This document shows, in pieces, positions 1-12,112 of a stretch of DNA of 64,000 nucleotides. Made by a program: the position numbers and the translations under genes. The stretch is from the NCBI GenBank assembly GCA_052327205.1, contig CM126220.1, positions 27,900,001 through 27,964,000 of the forward strand. The letters are read 5' to 3'. Numbering within the stretch: the stretch's first letter is position 1; each line of letters starts with the position of its first letter. This stretch comes from Somniosus microcephalus (taxonomy: Eukaryota). A model generated the notes under the pieces. It did no database searches. It was not told the DNA's origin and saw only the letters and a program-made list of their open reading frames with translations.

Positions 1-239
1 CCTAAATATGCAAATCGAGGTTCTGCACGTATTGTAGGACCCCAATTGCAACTATTGGGAAGAAATGGATGAAGAATGCAGGGTGCGTACCAGTCCCACT
101 TTCTCCAGACCGTTGGAGCCTGTTACAAATGGTGAGATTTTAGGAGGAGCAGGAGTATTCCTCCAGGCCCCACCAAAAATCTTCCAGCCCGCTGTTGGCC
201 TGTTCTCGCCCCTGCCCAGAATCTGCTCCCCTCCCCAAA

Positions 240-618
240 TAGGGTCGCCGACCATCCAGATTTGGCCTGGAATCTCCAGGAATTAAAGATTAATCAGCAG
301 GACACTGCTGCGAGCAGCCTGGGAGAAATATCATCGGGGCGATTAAAAAAAAATGTTTGTTTTCATTTTCTTTGAGCAGTTCTGTTCATTAGTTATAAAA
401 ATATTGGAGCTGGCGGGGGGGAAGGCTGTTTGACTGACAGTCAAGAATCATCCAGTCGGATAATGAAAAGTCTTTTCGCTTTCCAATTGGTGTGGGAAGG
501 CGGGGCGCCGCGAGGATGGACATGTTGGGCGACCAATGGCGGGGAGCGGGTCAGTGGAAGGCAGGAGGTCACCTTATGAAACCTCGAGGAATACAATTAA
601 CCAGAGTTGGTAGCCCGA
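240..618. mobile_element. Non-autonomous TIR element (MITE) with TAGGGTTGCCAAC-type ends, copy 1
   Basis: Ends tagggtcgccgac / gttggtagcccga are imperfect inverted repeats; internally colinear with 8869-9244. Confidence 0.7.
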
Positions 619-869
619 TCGACCCCCCCCCGCCTGCCGACTGGCTGCGTGCAGTAGCTGGCCACATTTGCTCCAGAACAGTCTCGAGCTGCAGCAGAAT
701 GCGCATTTGGCGTGCTCACGGCTCACCGAAGAAAATGTCAGTAAGGCCCGAACCTGAAAGTGGACTGCGCCATGCGAATGCCACATTGGGCGGGCGCCCA
801 ACCTGAATGTCTCCTCCTCCATAATGTCAGTTGAGGATAATTAAAAGGAATTTTAGGAGTAAGAAAGCA

Positions 870-1442
870 ATAGATAGGCGGATTATAGACAGTAGCTGCA
901 AAGATCCAGATCAATCTTTTTAACCGCGCCTGACTGATCTTCAGAGGATGATAAGTTAGATATAAATATTACACAGGATCAGGAAATGACAGATGCATTA
1001 AATGAATTCTTCACGAACAAAGACAGTGGACATTTTGGCTCAGGCATCCATATGTATTTAGGGGTCAGTAAAACATGACACTAAGAAATTAAAGGATGGA
1101 TTGTGGAATCGGGTGGCCCCGTGTAGGAGGGTTGCTGACAGGGAGAGTGCAGAATGGGATATCGCAGGCCCACTATCCATGGTATTCCATCCATTAATTT
1201 TAATAGATGGAAAATTACAGGCTGCAAGCCCACAGTTGCCTGACCTGTACTCCCTGTGAACGTTGCTTCTTGTGATGAATTAGCCCTTAAATATCCACAC
1301 AGTACCTGGATTAGATGGGATAGACCAAAAAACCTCAGGAAAGCAGACACGGATTTGATTTCATATATCTAGGAGCTTCATCAATGTAAGAGCAGCACCT
1401 GAGGACTAGAAGATAGTGAATGTTACCCTGATGTTCAAAAAA
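870..1442 (+). mobile_element. Degenerate CR1 LINE ORF2 fragments (with an unrelated insert) in the crybb3 intron
   Basis: Motifs ggaaatgacagatgcattaaatgaattcttc and gaggactagaagatagtgaatgttaccctgatgttcaaaaaag correspond to CR1 EMA.ALN.YF and PEDWRIANVTPLFKK. Confidence 0.55.
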
Positions 1443-1478
1443 GATGAATTAAGTATTCTGTGCCCTGTTGTTCTGCAG

Positions 1479-1656
1479 GTGGGTGGGGTACCAGTACCCC
1501 GGTTACAGAGGACGCCAGTACATCTTCGAGAAGGCGGAATACAAGCATTGGAATGACTGGGATTCTAACCAGCCGCTGATCCAGTCTGTCCGCCGCATCA
1601 GGGATATGCAGTGGCACAAGCGAGGCTGCTTCCAGGCCACCCCACCCAGCAGCTGA
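1479..1656 (+). CDS. crybb3: Beta-B3 crystallin, last coding exon (Greek key motif 4 plus C-terminal arm); upstream exons lie outside the window
   Basis: Acceptor ttctgcag|G at 1478/1479, phase 2. Reads [58 protein letters not shown]. The [27 protein letters not shown] pattern is beta-B3-like, and the exon lies directly upstream of crybb2 as in mammals. Confidence 0.9.
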
Positions 1657-1773
1657 AGGAGACAGGCGGAGGACCTGAGGCAGGAGGTCAGGAGTAGGTT
1701 GTACGCAAAGAAAAGAAGAATGAAATAGAACAGGAACCTGACATCCCTGTGCTGTGAAAATAATACTGCTGCA

Positions 1774-1862
1774 AATAAAATGGTGACTGACGAGAGCCAC
1801 CTGTGTGTGTGTGTTTGTTCACACAGATTTTTCTGTTTCTTTTCCTCTTTAACAAAAATAAA
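1774..1862 (+). terminator. Candidate crybb3 polyadenylation signals
   Basis: AATAAA at 1774-1779 followed by a TG/T-rich tract (about 1800-1850); second AATAAA at 1857-1862. Confidence 0.6.
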
Positions 1863-2424
1863 ATGTAACAGTACCACTTGGCTAGGAAGGAGAAAATATA
1901 TTAGCCAAAGTTCCTGCTCCGATCACCATCCAATGATCCAGACTGGGAAGTGCCTGTCTGTGGATATTGGGTGAGTACAAGGCTAGGCTCAGTTAGCTGA
2001 GAAATAGCTCAGTGTGCAGGCTGACACACGACGGATGGTCACTTGGGCAAGATGCCAAAGGGCTGTCAGTGACCATGGTACTGGACCCTTCCATCATTCA
2101 GAGCTTTCAGGGGAAAATTGAGCTATAAATGTATTTCTTTTAAGAGTTTTGAAAATTTTCCAATCCAACATCTGCTGCATTGTGAGCTTAACCTCGCCAC
2201 GAACACGACAGAACCTCTAATAAAAGCAGACTGTTATTTCTGAATGCTGCACGAACTTGACAATGCTTCAGTAAAAGGCAACTGAGACCACTCATCTCCA
2301 AATAATAAACAGAGTATCACACTGGTAATGGTGAGCCTCAGGCTTAGGAGTAAACTTCTCTACTAATAGGGTCAAAAAACACTCCCTTAAAAGTAAACAA
2401 CAAAACAAGTGTTTTACCCAGTTT

Positions 2425-2858
2425 CAACAACAACAACTTATATTTATATAGCGCCTTTAACATAATAAAACATCCCAAGGTGCTTCACAGGAATGTTATC
2501 AAAAAAAAACTAAATTTGCCACCGAGCCATGTAAGGAGATGTTACGGCAGATGACCAAAAACTTGGTCGAAGAGGTAGGTTTTAAGGAGGAAAGAGAAGT
2601 GAAGAGGCAGAGATTTAGGGAAGGAATTCCAGAGCTTAGGACCTAGGCAGCTGAAGGCACGACATGGGTGAGCGGGACTTGGTGAGCGTTAGCACACGGG
2701 CTGCAGAGTTTTTGATGACCTCAAGTTTATTGGAGGGTAGAACTAGGGAGGCCGACCAGGAGTACATCGGAATAGTCAAGTCTAGAGGTGATACAGGCAT
2801 GGATGAGGGTTTCGGCAGCAGATAAGTTGAGGTAAGGGCAGAGATGAGCGATGTTACA
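2425..2858 (-). mobile_element. L2-clade LINE 3' fragment
   Basis: Minus-strand translation LSAAETLIHACITSRLDYSDVLLVGLP is the L2 ORF2 C-terminal motif; the tail ends ggcgctatataaat...(gtt)n. Similar to 57927-58495. Confidence 0.8.
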
Positions 2859-3479
2859 AAGTTTCACTCTGCAAATGAATTGAGGCACGACCTCGAACCC
2901 CCAAGGAGAAGCCTGTCGTGCCAAAAGTGCTCTCGATCAAATGAAAGACCACTACAACTCAGAATAGCTTTGATCACCCATACAAACTACAACTGACAAT
3001 CACCAGGGCCCAGTCCGTAGGTTCAGCCGTTTAAAATCTTTCTATATTTATTTGTGTTTCAAAGTCTTTCTTTGAGAATGCAAATAATTACCATTAATAT
3101 TGAGTAGGTCTTAATAGTCTGTGAGTTTGTTTGGATCTTCCTTATTTTCTCCATCCCCCAGAAAGAGAGAAAATGATTGGTGCGAAAGAAAAAGTCTTCA
3201 CACAAAATTCAGCCATTATAAATATCCGTAGCCTCACCACATTCTCAGATCCACTCGCCATTGAGAGTGGAGCCAGGTGGCCTGACCCTGGGGTTTTGCC
3301 CAGTACTACTGTGGAACTGACTGCTTCTCTGCACGATCACTGGCCAAGTGCAGGTAATAATGTCACACAAAGTGCAGTAGCCCCCCCTGGTGGAGATTAG
3401 TGTACCTCAGTGTGTTCCACAATAGGCTCTACCCCTTAGAATACTTGGCTTTTCAGGAACAGCAAAAAGCTATTAGACC

Positions 3480-4135
3480 CAAAAAGAGAATTCCCTTTTG
3501 ATACCTTTCAATTCCACCTATGTGCCATCTGACTATATCCCTCATTCTACTCTCTCTCCAGAAGCAGGTCTAATGGCCTCTTGAACCAACTGACAATATT
3601 CACTTCAGTGGTCTTCCCAGATAACTGAAGTGAATAGTGTTATTGGGTTAGAGATAGTGGTCTTCCTGGGTAACTTATTCCATACTTCTATTATCCATTG
3701 TGTAAAACTGTTTCACCTAGTTGTTGTTCTTATCCTAACTTACTACTTTTTAACTTGTGTCCTTGACAAGCAAACCCTTTACCAAAGTGAAGAATTTACA
3801 GAAATACCTTTTCTTAGTTCTTCGCATATTGTTTAAAATCTAAATTTGGTTATCTTAAATTATTTTTCCAAAGAGAATAAGGCCAACATCCTTAACCTTC
3901 CTTTGAAATTAGATTCCTGATACAATCACCTTAATTTCTCACCACTGTCCTCTCTGAAGGGTAACAGTATCCATCCTACGGTTAGGTGCCAAGAAATGCA
4001 CACTACACCAGATTTGATCAAAGCTTTAGACAATAACAAAGCCCTCAATAATCTCTTTAGTTTTGTGCTCTAGCCCTCTGCTAATGCAACCAGTACCTCA
4101 TGTAGTGTTGATCATTGGTGGTTTGGTTACTTGTT
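3480..4135 (-). mobile_element. Old CR1 LINE fragment
   Basis: Degenerate antisense match to the CR1 3' ORF2 region seen in the younger copies in this window. Confidence 0.55.
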
Positions 4136-5029
4136 TGGAGGTGCATGCATCCAGTCTGCTCTTTTAAGCAGCTTGTAATATCCCAGTTGTGAAATCACCA
4201 TAATCTGTTACAGACTAATAATAAGATCCCAGGACACAGCCGCCTCTCATGATTATAAAATTCAAAAATTAGGTATTAAAAGAAATATACAAACCTAAAT
4301 TATTAGTGGTATGATACAACTCATTATAATACAACTATAAGTACATTCAGTTGTATCTTGCTGGGCAGATGCTTGCTGAAGACCTGTACTCATTGGCCCT
4401 CTCCCATTAAATGGATTTAAATATTCCCGACACTAGGATTTGGGATACCCAACATGCGACACTGGCATGAAAAATGCAACAATGGAATGGAGGGTACCCA
4501 ACAAGGTATAGAAGGATCAAGGGATTTACAGTTAATTCCATTGTAAAGATTTTATTGATAAAATAAACACTTTCATCTCAATAACGTCCAGTGTATTCTG
4601 TTTTGACCCCAATGCCATGTGAAGGATAGAGAGGCCTTTTGAGGCAAAACTTAAGAAAAAGTGCAGGGAAATTTTTTTATGTTTCTACAAGGTTTCATAC
4701 ACAATCGGATAAGTAACATAAAATATCTTAAATGTTTCTTTAATAAAACATTAAAATTATAAGTTTCTAAATATGCTAAATAGAAACAAAGTTACTGCAG
4801 ATGATTTTACTGGGTGTTTTAAAAAAAATTTTGGAACAAATTAAAATGTTACACATACCATTAAATGTTGTACTTCTGTCAGATTCAAGCACTTGTTACA
4901 CTGGGAATTTACGCACTATTTCCAAAGGTGAAAACCATTGATGGAAAAAAAACAGTTGAGGTGCAAAACGGGCTGCCGATTCGCCATCATTGGTTTATTG
5001 CTCAGGAATAAAAGTTACAATTATCCCCA

Positions 5030-6630
5030 AAGAGAGTAAAAGCAGAAAATGCTGGAAATGCACAACAGGTCTGTCAGCATTGAAAACAAACATTATAGCT
5101 TAACATTTCAGATGGGACCCTTTATCAAAACTGAAAAATAAAAGCAAGAAAGCCCCTTTATGGAATCAACTAAAACAAAGAAGTGGAGAATAAAAGGTCA
5201 AGAGTACAGGGGGAAAATTTGGTTGATTTGCGCCTCCCATTAGCGCCCAGGGCGCTAACGGGGGGCGCAAAGCAACTAGCGCCCGGGCACGGCGCCGCCA
5301 ACGCCTCCCGTGAAATTCAACGGGAGGTTAGCGGCGGCGGTAACCGTTAGTGCCCCGCGGTGCTGCACCACCGGCGATGACATCATCACCGTGCACAGTG
5401 ACCAGCTCACGCCCCGGCCGCGATCTTTGGTAGCGCCCCCCTGACTTACTGCCGGACGATATGTCCGACAGGGTCGGGGGGGCCCTACCTACGGCCGGGG
5501 CGGCGCAAATTAAAGGGGAGGTGCCAGCCGGTCATTTTTGTTGCTGGCCGTCTGCTAGCATCTGCCCCCATTGCTGTCCCCGGCCTTCTGTGCAGCCCCC
5601 CCCGCAGGGTGCCGGCTGCGCTCCGTGAGCCCGGCACATCCCTTGAGTGCCGGGCTCGTTTGCTGGCACTCTGATCTCTGGTGGCCCAGCTGGGCCCTGG
5701 GTCACGCTGCGCAAGGCCCCTCCCCTTTAATAAGGGGAGGAATGCCTGCAGTACAGCGGCGCGACCTGCCCTAGAGTGCCCCACCTCCCTCTTGGGCGCT
5801 ACCAATGAATTTCGGGTGCGGGGTTGCTAAAAGTAGCACCCCGGTAAAGGTGGCACCCCAAAGGGGGCACGACCCAATTTTTCCCCCAAGATACTCTAAC
5901 CTCAAAATGGCAGCTAATGGGTTTACTAGCCAGTAAGAAATCATTTAAAGTGGAAAGAGGTGAAAAGTGTTGGATGATGTACATGGGTCATATCAGTCAG
6001 TCTGTGAAAAGGCATTAGAGAGACTTACAGTTGAATGAAACAGCTTTAGAAGGGAACTTGATGGAATGTTAATGGGAGCAACTGACAGAAAAATCTAGGA
6101 GAGACCCAAGGTTTGTGGTTGCTAAATTCAGTGTTCAGATCCAAAGCTGGAGAATGTCCAGGAGGAAGCTGAAATACTGGGTGTAAATTTCCTAGTGGTG
6201 GTGGTGGGGAACGCTGCCCAATGTCATCAAATCACAGGCGCATTCCCCACAGTTTTCCGATTTGTGTTGGTGGAGGGCAAGGTTCTCCATCATGAGCACG
6301 CGCTCAGAAAATTACCTCCGCTGTTGTTGCAGTTTTGGATTGAGCTTGGTTGGAGTAGCGTAGGTGCAGGAGGTCAAACAGCAAAAAATCAGATTGCAAG
6401 TGGGAGCAGTAGATGAAGTCGAAGGTCCCGGGGAGGTCAAGCTTACGTTGTGGATAGAAGAGATTTTAGACAAAGCATTCACCCAATCTGCATTTGGGTC
6501 TCTGCAATATGGAGGAAACTGCACGAAGCAGCAAATACAAAATACTAGATTGCAAGAAGAATTTGTAAAGCACTGCTCACGCGGAATGTGTTTGGGGCCT
6601 TGGACGTTGATGTGGGAGGACGACAATTAA
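5030..6630 (-). mobile_element. Penelope-like element remnant (GIY-YIG region plus terminal repeat), interrupted by MITEs
   Basis: Minus ORF 6312-6626 contains VQGPKH...FTNSSCNLVFCICC, matching the Penelope GIY-YIG motif FTC.S.NLVYCI.C. Region 5030-5135 matches the terminal repeat at 16426-16560 and carries a degenerate hammerhead. Confidence 0.72.
5209..5887. mobile_element. GC-rich PIF/Harbinger-like MITE, copy 1
   Basis: TIRs gggggaaaatttggttg / cgacccaatttttccccc; many internal palindromes; colinear with 29952-30813. Confidence 0.75.
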
Positions 6631-8029
6631 TATATGTTGCACCTGCTGTCATAAAAAAGGAAGGCTCTGCCAGGGCGTTCTTCCACAGAACACAGGACAA
6701 CAGTAAAACGAAGAGGAGGACATCCCCACCTTTAAACCCCTGGACCTTTCAAGGAGAAGGCCATGGAGCTAGTGATAACTTACTCAGCTCCTGCCATTAG
6801 AGATGGCAAGGTTGGTGGCGTCTTGCCAGGTTAGTGACTGAGCATCTACACTGTTGCCCCGGCCTCCCTATGAAGCACCGCACAGGCATAAATTTCCATC
6901 CCCTTTCTCTGCCTCCTTAATCCCAGAGGGGTAGTGCGTACTCATTCGTAGCTTCAACCCTCCTTTCCTGCTGATCCTCCACAGCAGGGGAGAGGGGTGA
7001 GGTGGCATGGGAGCAGGCAGATAATAATGATGAGGAGGAGGAAGAGCTGGGGAGATATTTCTCCCTTTGTTGCATATGACAATGACAAGGATGAGGAAGG
7101 GGAGAATGAGACCCAGGACACTTTCCCCGTGCAATTGCTTCACCCTGTCCTGTCTTCCTCTGCCACAAGCCCTGCAAACTCACCATCTGCAAAAAAGTTT
7201 CAAAGAGCGTTTGCAAGTGGCGGAACTCACGATATAAAGTTTACAGACTCTTCACGTTCCGAAACTCCTCATTTCTGCCTTGACAAGGCGATCGTGACAG
7301 TTGCTGCACCTCATTTACCCAGAGTACAACACCAGTGCAAATCCAGGAAACTCAAAGAGCTGCCACACCACTGGCTCTCACTCTTAAATATGCAAATGAG
7401 GCCAGTGGCTCCCCAGTGGACAGATTGTGACAAGGCTTAAAAAGCACAAGGAAATTCGGTGGAGGCGTTTTAAAGGTGCAGACATGGCTTCCACTGAAAT
7501 TTCCTTGCAAAAAAAAAAATCCTACGCGTAAACTATACCGAAAACACAGAAAAAATTCGCCCTCAATGCATTCAGAACAGACGAGAAAAAATTGAAAGAA
7601 AAAAAGGTGCAATCAATATTGAGAGCTGCATCTGAAATAGGGGTAATTGGCATTAATGTTGGATCAGTAACTGCAATGTGGTAGTTTTATTAGTAACATT
7701 ACTCCACATGGGACAATCCAGGACTAGAGTCTATATGCCCACTCTCCACCACATTCAGCAAGTTTCTCTCGATGTGTTTTAACTTGGTTGCAGACTCTCG
7801 TTTCCAGTCTTTTCCAGATCTATGGTGAAGTTCTGGTTTGTGATTGGCAATAGGAGCCTGGCTCGGAAACCACTGGAGTAGAGCTGATGTGTGCTTTGTC
7901 TGCAGGGTCACGCTCGCAGCTGCTGGCACTGGGAGAGCTGATGCAGGCACTCTTCAAATCTCTCTGCTCTAAACCCAAACAATGTGGGCACCCGATGAAT
8001 CTGAAAGCTAATGAAATAATTCTACCCGC

Positions 8030-8217
8030 CTTGTGTTCAGCAAAACAATGCTCTCTGCATGTCAGTAAAAGTGATGCTTTATTTAGCATTAATCCCAATC
8101 CATCTGTCCACAAGCCCGCTCTAACCAGTTAACAAATAATTTTTGGCATGGTTCTGTTTGAGTTCAGTATAAATTCTCAGACAGACCGCCATCCTGCACT
8201 GACACGACTGGGTACTG
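8030..8217 (+). promoter_or_regulatory. crybb2: Putative crybb2 lens promoter and short non-coding exon 1
   Basis: TATAAAT at 8168-8174 and splice donor ctg|GTAAGA at 8217/8218, about 45 bp downstream. Upstream are a half-MARE with AT-rich flank (TCAGCAAAA, about 8037-8045), a SOX motif AACAAT (8044-8049), a second MARE-like GTCAGTAAAA (8061-8070) and a bicoid-type TAATCC (8090-8095). Mammalian CRYBB2 also has a short non-coding first exon. Confidence 0.65.
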
Positions 8218-8690
8218 GTAAGAGCGGTTACATCTCCGGGCAATTCTAACTCAATAGTTTACTTTTTGTAAAATGACTAGAATTCAAATATTTTATTGAC
8301 ATAACTAGTGCTTCTCTCTTGTTTTGTGTCTGTCAACTACTGTTTATATTTTCTGTTGAAGGCTACTCAAGATAGTTGGGGATCTTCTGCAATTCTGTCT
8401 GGTAGAATAACTGAATCTAGGTAACCGTAATGAATAGGTTTGGGAGTGGGTGTGTGCGCAGGGGAGGGGGGGTTAATGGGTGGAATGTTTTGAGTATGAA
8501 ATAGGGCGTGTCACTAACAGGTTAAGATTAAACAATCAATAATGAATGCTACAGATCTCGACATTAATATATATATATATATATAAGCTAAGATGGAAGT
8601 ACTCGTTATTTTTAATGTCGCATAGAAAATCAATAAAATTGATTAAAATGATTAAACAGTTTATGATTCTTCGAATGATACATGAGCGCC

Positions 8691-8770
8691 GATGTTAACT
8701 TGGGGTGGGAGTGGTGCGGGCAGGGATTGAGATGTTAACTTGGGGTGGGAGTGGTGCGGGCAGGGACTGA
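8691..8770 (+). repeat. 40-bp direct tandem duplication, G-rich
   Basis: gatgttaacttggggtgggagtggtgcgggcagggattga twice, one mismatch. Confidence 0.9.
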
Positions 8771-8868
8771 GATGGACGGCAAACCATTCAGAGCTCAGCA
8801 GAGTGAGGCCTGGGAGATGTTAACACCTGGGCCTTATCTGCACAGCACCTGTCGGCTTCCTGCACAAA

Positions 8869-9244
8869 TAGGGTAGCCAAGCCTCCAGGATTGCCCCGGA
8901 GTCACCAGGAATTGATGATTAATCTCTAGGACACTGCTGCCAGTAATCCCGGAGAGAAATCCGACAGGGGCATTCAACAAAATTGTGGGTTTTTCCATTT
9001 TCTTTGAATATTTCATTTGTTAGTTATAAAAATATTGGAGATGGGTAAAAACATGGCTGTTTTACCCAGCAGTCGAGATGAATCCAATTCGGTAACAAAG
9101 TCTGCTCCCTTTCCAACTGGCGTGGGAAGGCAGTGCTGCTGGAGCAGGGACCAATGGTGGGCATGTAGGGGCGGGGTGCTTCGTGGCAAGAGGTTCACGT
9201 GACGAAACCTCCAGGGATACACCCAACCAGAGTTGGCAACCCGA
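8869..9244. mobile_element. MITE with TAGGGTTGCCAAC-type ends, copy 2 (crybb2 intron 1)
   Basis: tagggtagccaa ... gttggcaacccga; homologous to 240-618. Confidence 0.7.
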
Positions 9245-9894
9245 TACCAAGAAAACGGTAGGAAGTGATGGCTGCCCGGCAGGCGGGAGTGGAACGTCAG
9301 GCGGCAGGAGGCCATCGCCAGGGACCCGAAGGTACGGTCCCTGGCACTCAGGTTAAGTGGTTGGAAGGGCCTCACGGTCGGGGGGGAGCCCGGGGCAAGG
9401 CAGGCCTAAACTTTCCTTGTAGGACTGGGAGGAGCCTCATGCTCCTCCAGGCACCACAAGGATAGTGAAAAAAAGAAAACCATTTACCTTTTTAGGCCCC
9501 TTCTGGACCCGGCTTCTCTTCCCGTTAGGTTCGCCTGGCGGGGCAGCCACAATGCATTCCCCCTCCAGGCTTCCAGTTAAATTTGCAGACGGGCCCCGAT
9601 AACATCATTGGAGCCCGGTCTGCATATTTAAAGAAGGATCTGCTGGGTGTCCCTCTCGCCGACTCAGATGAGCAGGTTATAATCGGAACCCGTGGGAAGA
9701 TAGCGGGACCTTAGTGGATAACTCCCACGGGATACATTTACTGCCTGCCGGGTTTCTGCTGGTGGGCAAGGTTCAAAACAATCCTAGCATTTTAGAAACT
9801 AATGTCAGTAATGGTCTTCTGATGTGCTTACTGTAAAAACTTAAACAGCATTTCTACTTTTAACAAGAAATTAGATCAAAATTGCAAGAATAAT

Positions 9895-10072
9895 AATGGA
9901 TACCACAGGAGTAACGTATAGGTTGGAATCTGTTTCCAGATTTATGTGGTTTATATACAGAGAATAACAGATACCAGATGGCGAGTTACAGTCTGGAATC
10001 TAAACAAGGTGTTGAGATGCTATATAAAGAATGACAGATACTTAGGAGTGATTACAAGGCAGTAATTAATCA
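9895..10072 (+). repeat. Degenerate tandem repeat, unit about 68 bp, about 2.5 units
   Basis: Recurring aataacagatac..ggag.gagttacag.ctggaatcta....tatata.ag motif. Confidence 0.5.
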
Positions 10073-10423
10073 AGGAAGAAAGCCGAAAGTGCTGGGAATA
10101 TGCAGCAGGTCACCTAACATCTGTAAAGAGAAAAAATTGCAATGAACCAAGGAAGTTAAATAACATCATGCACTGTGAGAGAGATGCTTGTGATTATATT
10201 ATTGACTTTTGATTGCTTCCGAGTGCTTCAGGTATTTTACAATTTTGGGTAGGTTTTTATGCCAACAGAAATTGTCAGTGTATAAACTCTGCTGATGTTC
10301 CTCTTATTGTGTGATGATATTCACACTGAAGGATTAGCCACTGTGACATTATTATCGGAATATTATTGAGAGAGTTTATAGCCAACGAGTGTTACACCAT
10401 TACAGTTTTGTTTGGAATGTTGT

Positions 10424-11183
10424 GGGGAAGCTGGGGTTGTTCTCCTTAGAGCAGAGAAGGTAATGAGGAGATTTGATAGAGGTGTTCAAAGTCATGAAGG
10501 GTTTTGATGGAGTAAATAAGGAGAAACTGTTTCCAGTGGCAGAAGGGTCAGTAACCAGAGGGCACAGATTTAAGGTGATTGGCAAAAGAACCAGAGGCGA
10601 CACGAGGAAACATTTTTTACACAGCGAGTTGTGATCTGGAATGCACTGCCTGAAAGCAGATTCAATAGTAACATTCAAAAGAGAATCGGATAAATACTTG
10701 AAGGGAAAACATTTACAGGGCTACAGGGAAAGAGCAGGGGAGTGGGATTAATTGGATAGCTCTACCAAAGAACATAGGAACAGGAGTAGGCCATTTAGCC
10801 CCTCGAGTCTGCTCCACCATCCAATGAGATCATGGCTGATCTGCGACCTAACTCCACATATCCGCCTTTGGCCCATATCACTTAATACTTTTGGTTAACA
10901 AAAATCTATCAATCTCAGATTTAAAATTAACAATTGATCTAGCATCAATTGCAGTTTGCGGAAGAGAGTTCCAAACTTCTACCACCCTTTGTGTGTAGAA
11001 GTGTTTCCTAATCTCACTCCTGAAAGGACTGGCTCTAATTTTTAGACTATGCCCCCTAGTCCTAGACTCTCCAACCAGCAGAAATAGTTTCTCTCTATCG
11101 ACCCTATCTGTTTCCTTTAAGAGTCGGCACAGGCACGATTGGCCGAATGGCCTCCTTCTGAGCTGTATCATTCTATGATTCTA
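10424..11183 (+). mobile_element. CR1 3' fragment (+) interrupted by an antisense CR1 3' fragment (about 10771-11117)
   Basis: Host reads ...gatagctctaccaaaga|...|aagagtcggcacagg...ttctatgattcta. The insert translates on the minus strand as VDREKLF..VGESRTRGHSLKIR. Confidence 0.85.
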
Positions 11184-11718
11184 AGGATTATCCTTGAAAT
11201 TTTGTAGCATTGTCTAACTCTATTATAAAATTGATCATTTGAAATATACTGAAAAATCTTTTTTCCAGATGACAGATTATGGAAATTAGTCATGCATTAT
11301 GGAAGCTGGAAAGTTCCTCCCATTCTCACAGTTACAGAACTGCCTCGGTGGTAGCAAGTGTCAGAAATCACTCGGGTGCTTGCTGAGGGGCATATTGAGT
11401 TATCTTCGACAATTGCTTTGCTTGAATTTTGGGGAGGGTTAAATTACATGATTCACTATGAGAGGAATCAAAAAGGGGAAAAAAGGAACAACTTATGCTT
11501 TAATTCTATTAATGAAGGATCCTGATAACAAGTCTCACTCATCTGTAGCAGGTGTTTGACCTATCTAACAAACAACAATGGATAGCAATTACTTATTTCT
11601 GATTTGCAGTATGAAGTATTGCAGTTTGGTTCAATAGTTATCAGACAGATGTAATCCATTTACTCCTTTCTGTCTCTTTTGTTAGAGATTTGCAGAAACA
11701 CATCTAGTCCCAGCCACA

Positions 11719-11778
11719 ATGGCGTCTGAACAGAACCCAACTCCCAAGCAGCACCCCACTTCCACAGTTGCCCACAAG
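11719..11778 (+). CDS. crybb2: Beta-B2 crystallin coding exon 1 (N-terminal arm)
   Basis: Kozak ccacaATGG; MASEQNPTPKQHPTSTVAHK then donor AAG|gttggt, phase 0. Pyrimidine tract and AG acceptor at about 11685 or 11695. Confidence 0.88.
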
Positions 11779-11986
11779 GTTGGTTCATTGCTTTCTTCTT
11801 TCATATCTACCTATTTATCTATAAATGTTGTGTCCTTCACTCTGTTCTGCTTAAGCTGGGACAATGGGATGATACGCTCTGAGCTATATGCTTCTCAGTC
11901 TAAAAATTCTTTGAATTAGTAACCCTATTTCTTATTCAAAATAATGGAATGACCATCCTGAATCCTATTTTATTGCACTGTTTCAG

Positions 11987-12105
11987 ATTGTCCTGTTTGA
12001 GCAGGAGAATTTCCAGGGCCGCTTCCATGAGATAAACAGCCCCTGTCCCAACTTGAAAGAGGCTGGATTGGGAAAGGTTGGCTCCCTTGTGGTGCACAGT
12101 GGACC
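11987..12105 (+). CDS. crybb2: Beta-B2 crystallin exon, Greek key motif 1
   Basis: tttcag|ATT...GGACC|gtgagt; 119 nt; [40 protein letters not shown]. Confidence 0.96.
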
Positions 12106-12112
12106 GTGAGTA

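Noticed and set aside
1-1478. Upstream crybb3 exons
   Set aside because: No Greek-key motif 3 exon found; the region is MITE and CR1 debris, so the earlier exons lie before the window.
5098-5135. Functional hammerhead in the 5-kb Penelope terminus
   Set aside because: The core is mutated (TTGATAA instead of CTGATGA) and helix II is disrupted.
6640-7560. 147-aa acidic ORF (6997-7440) as a novel gene
   Set aside because: Non-ATG start; the region looks like degenerate DNA-transposon sequence (possibly Harbinger) and is too eroded to call.
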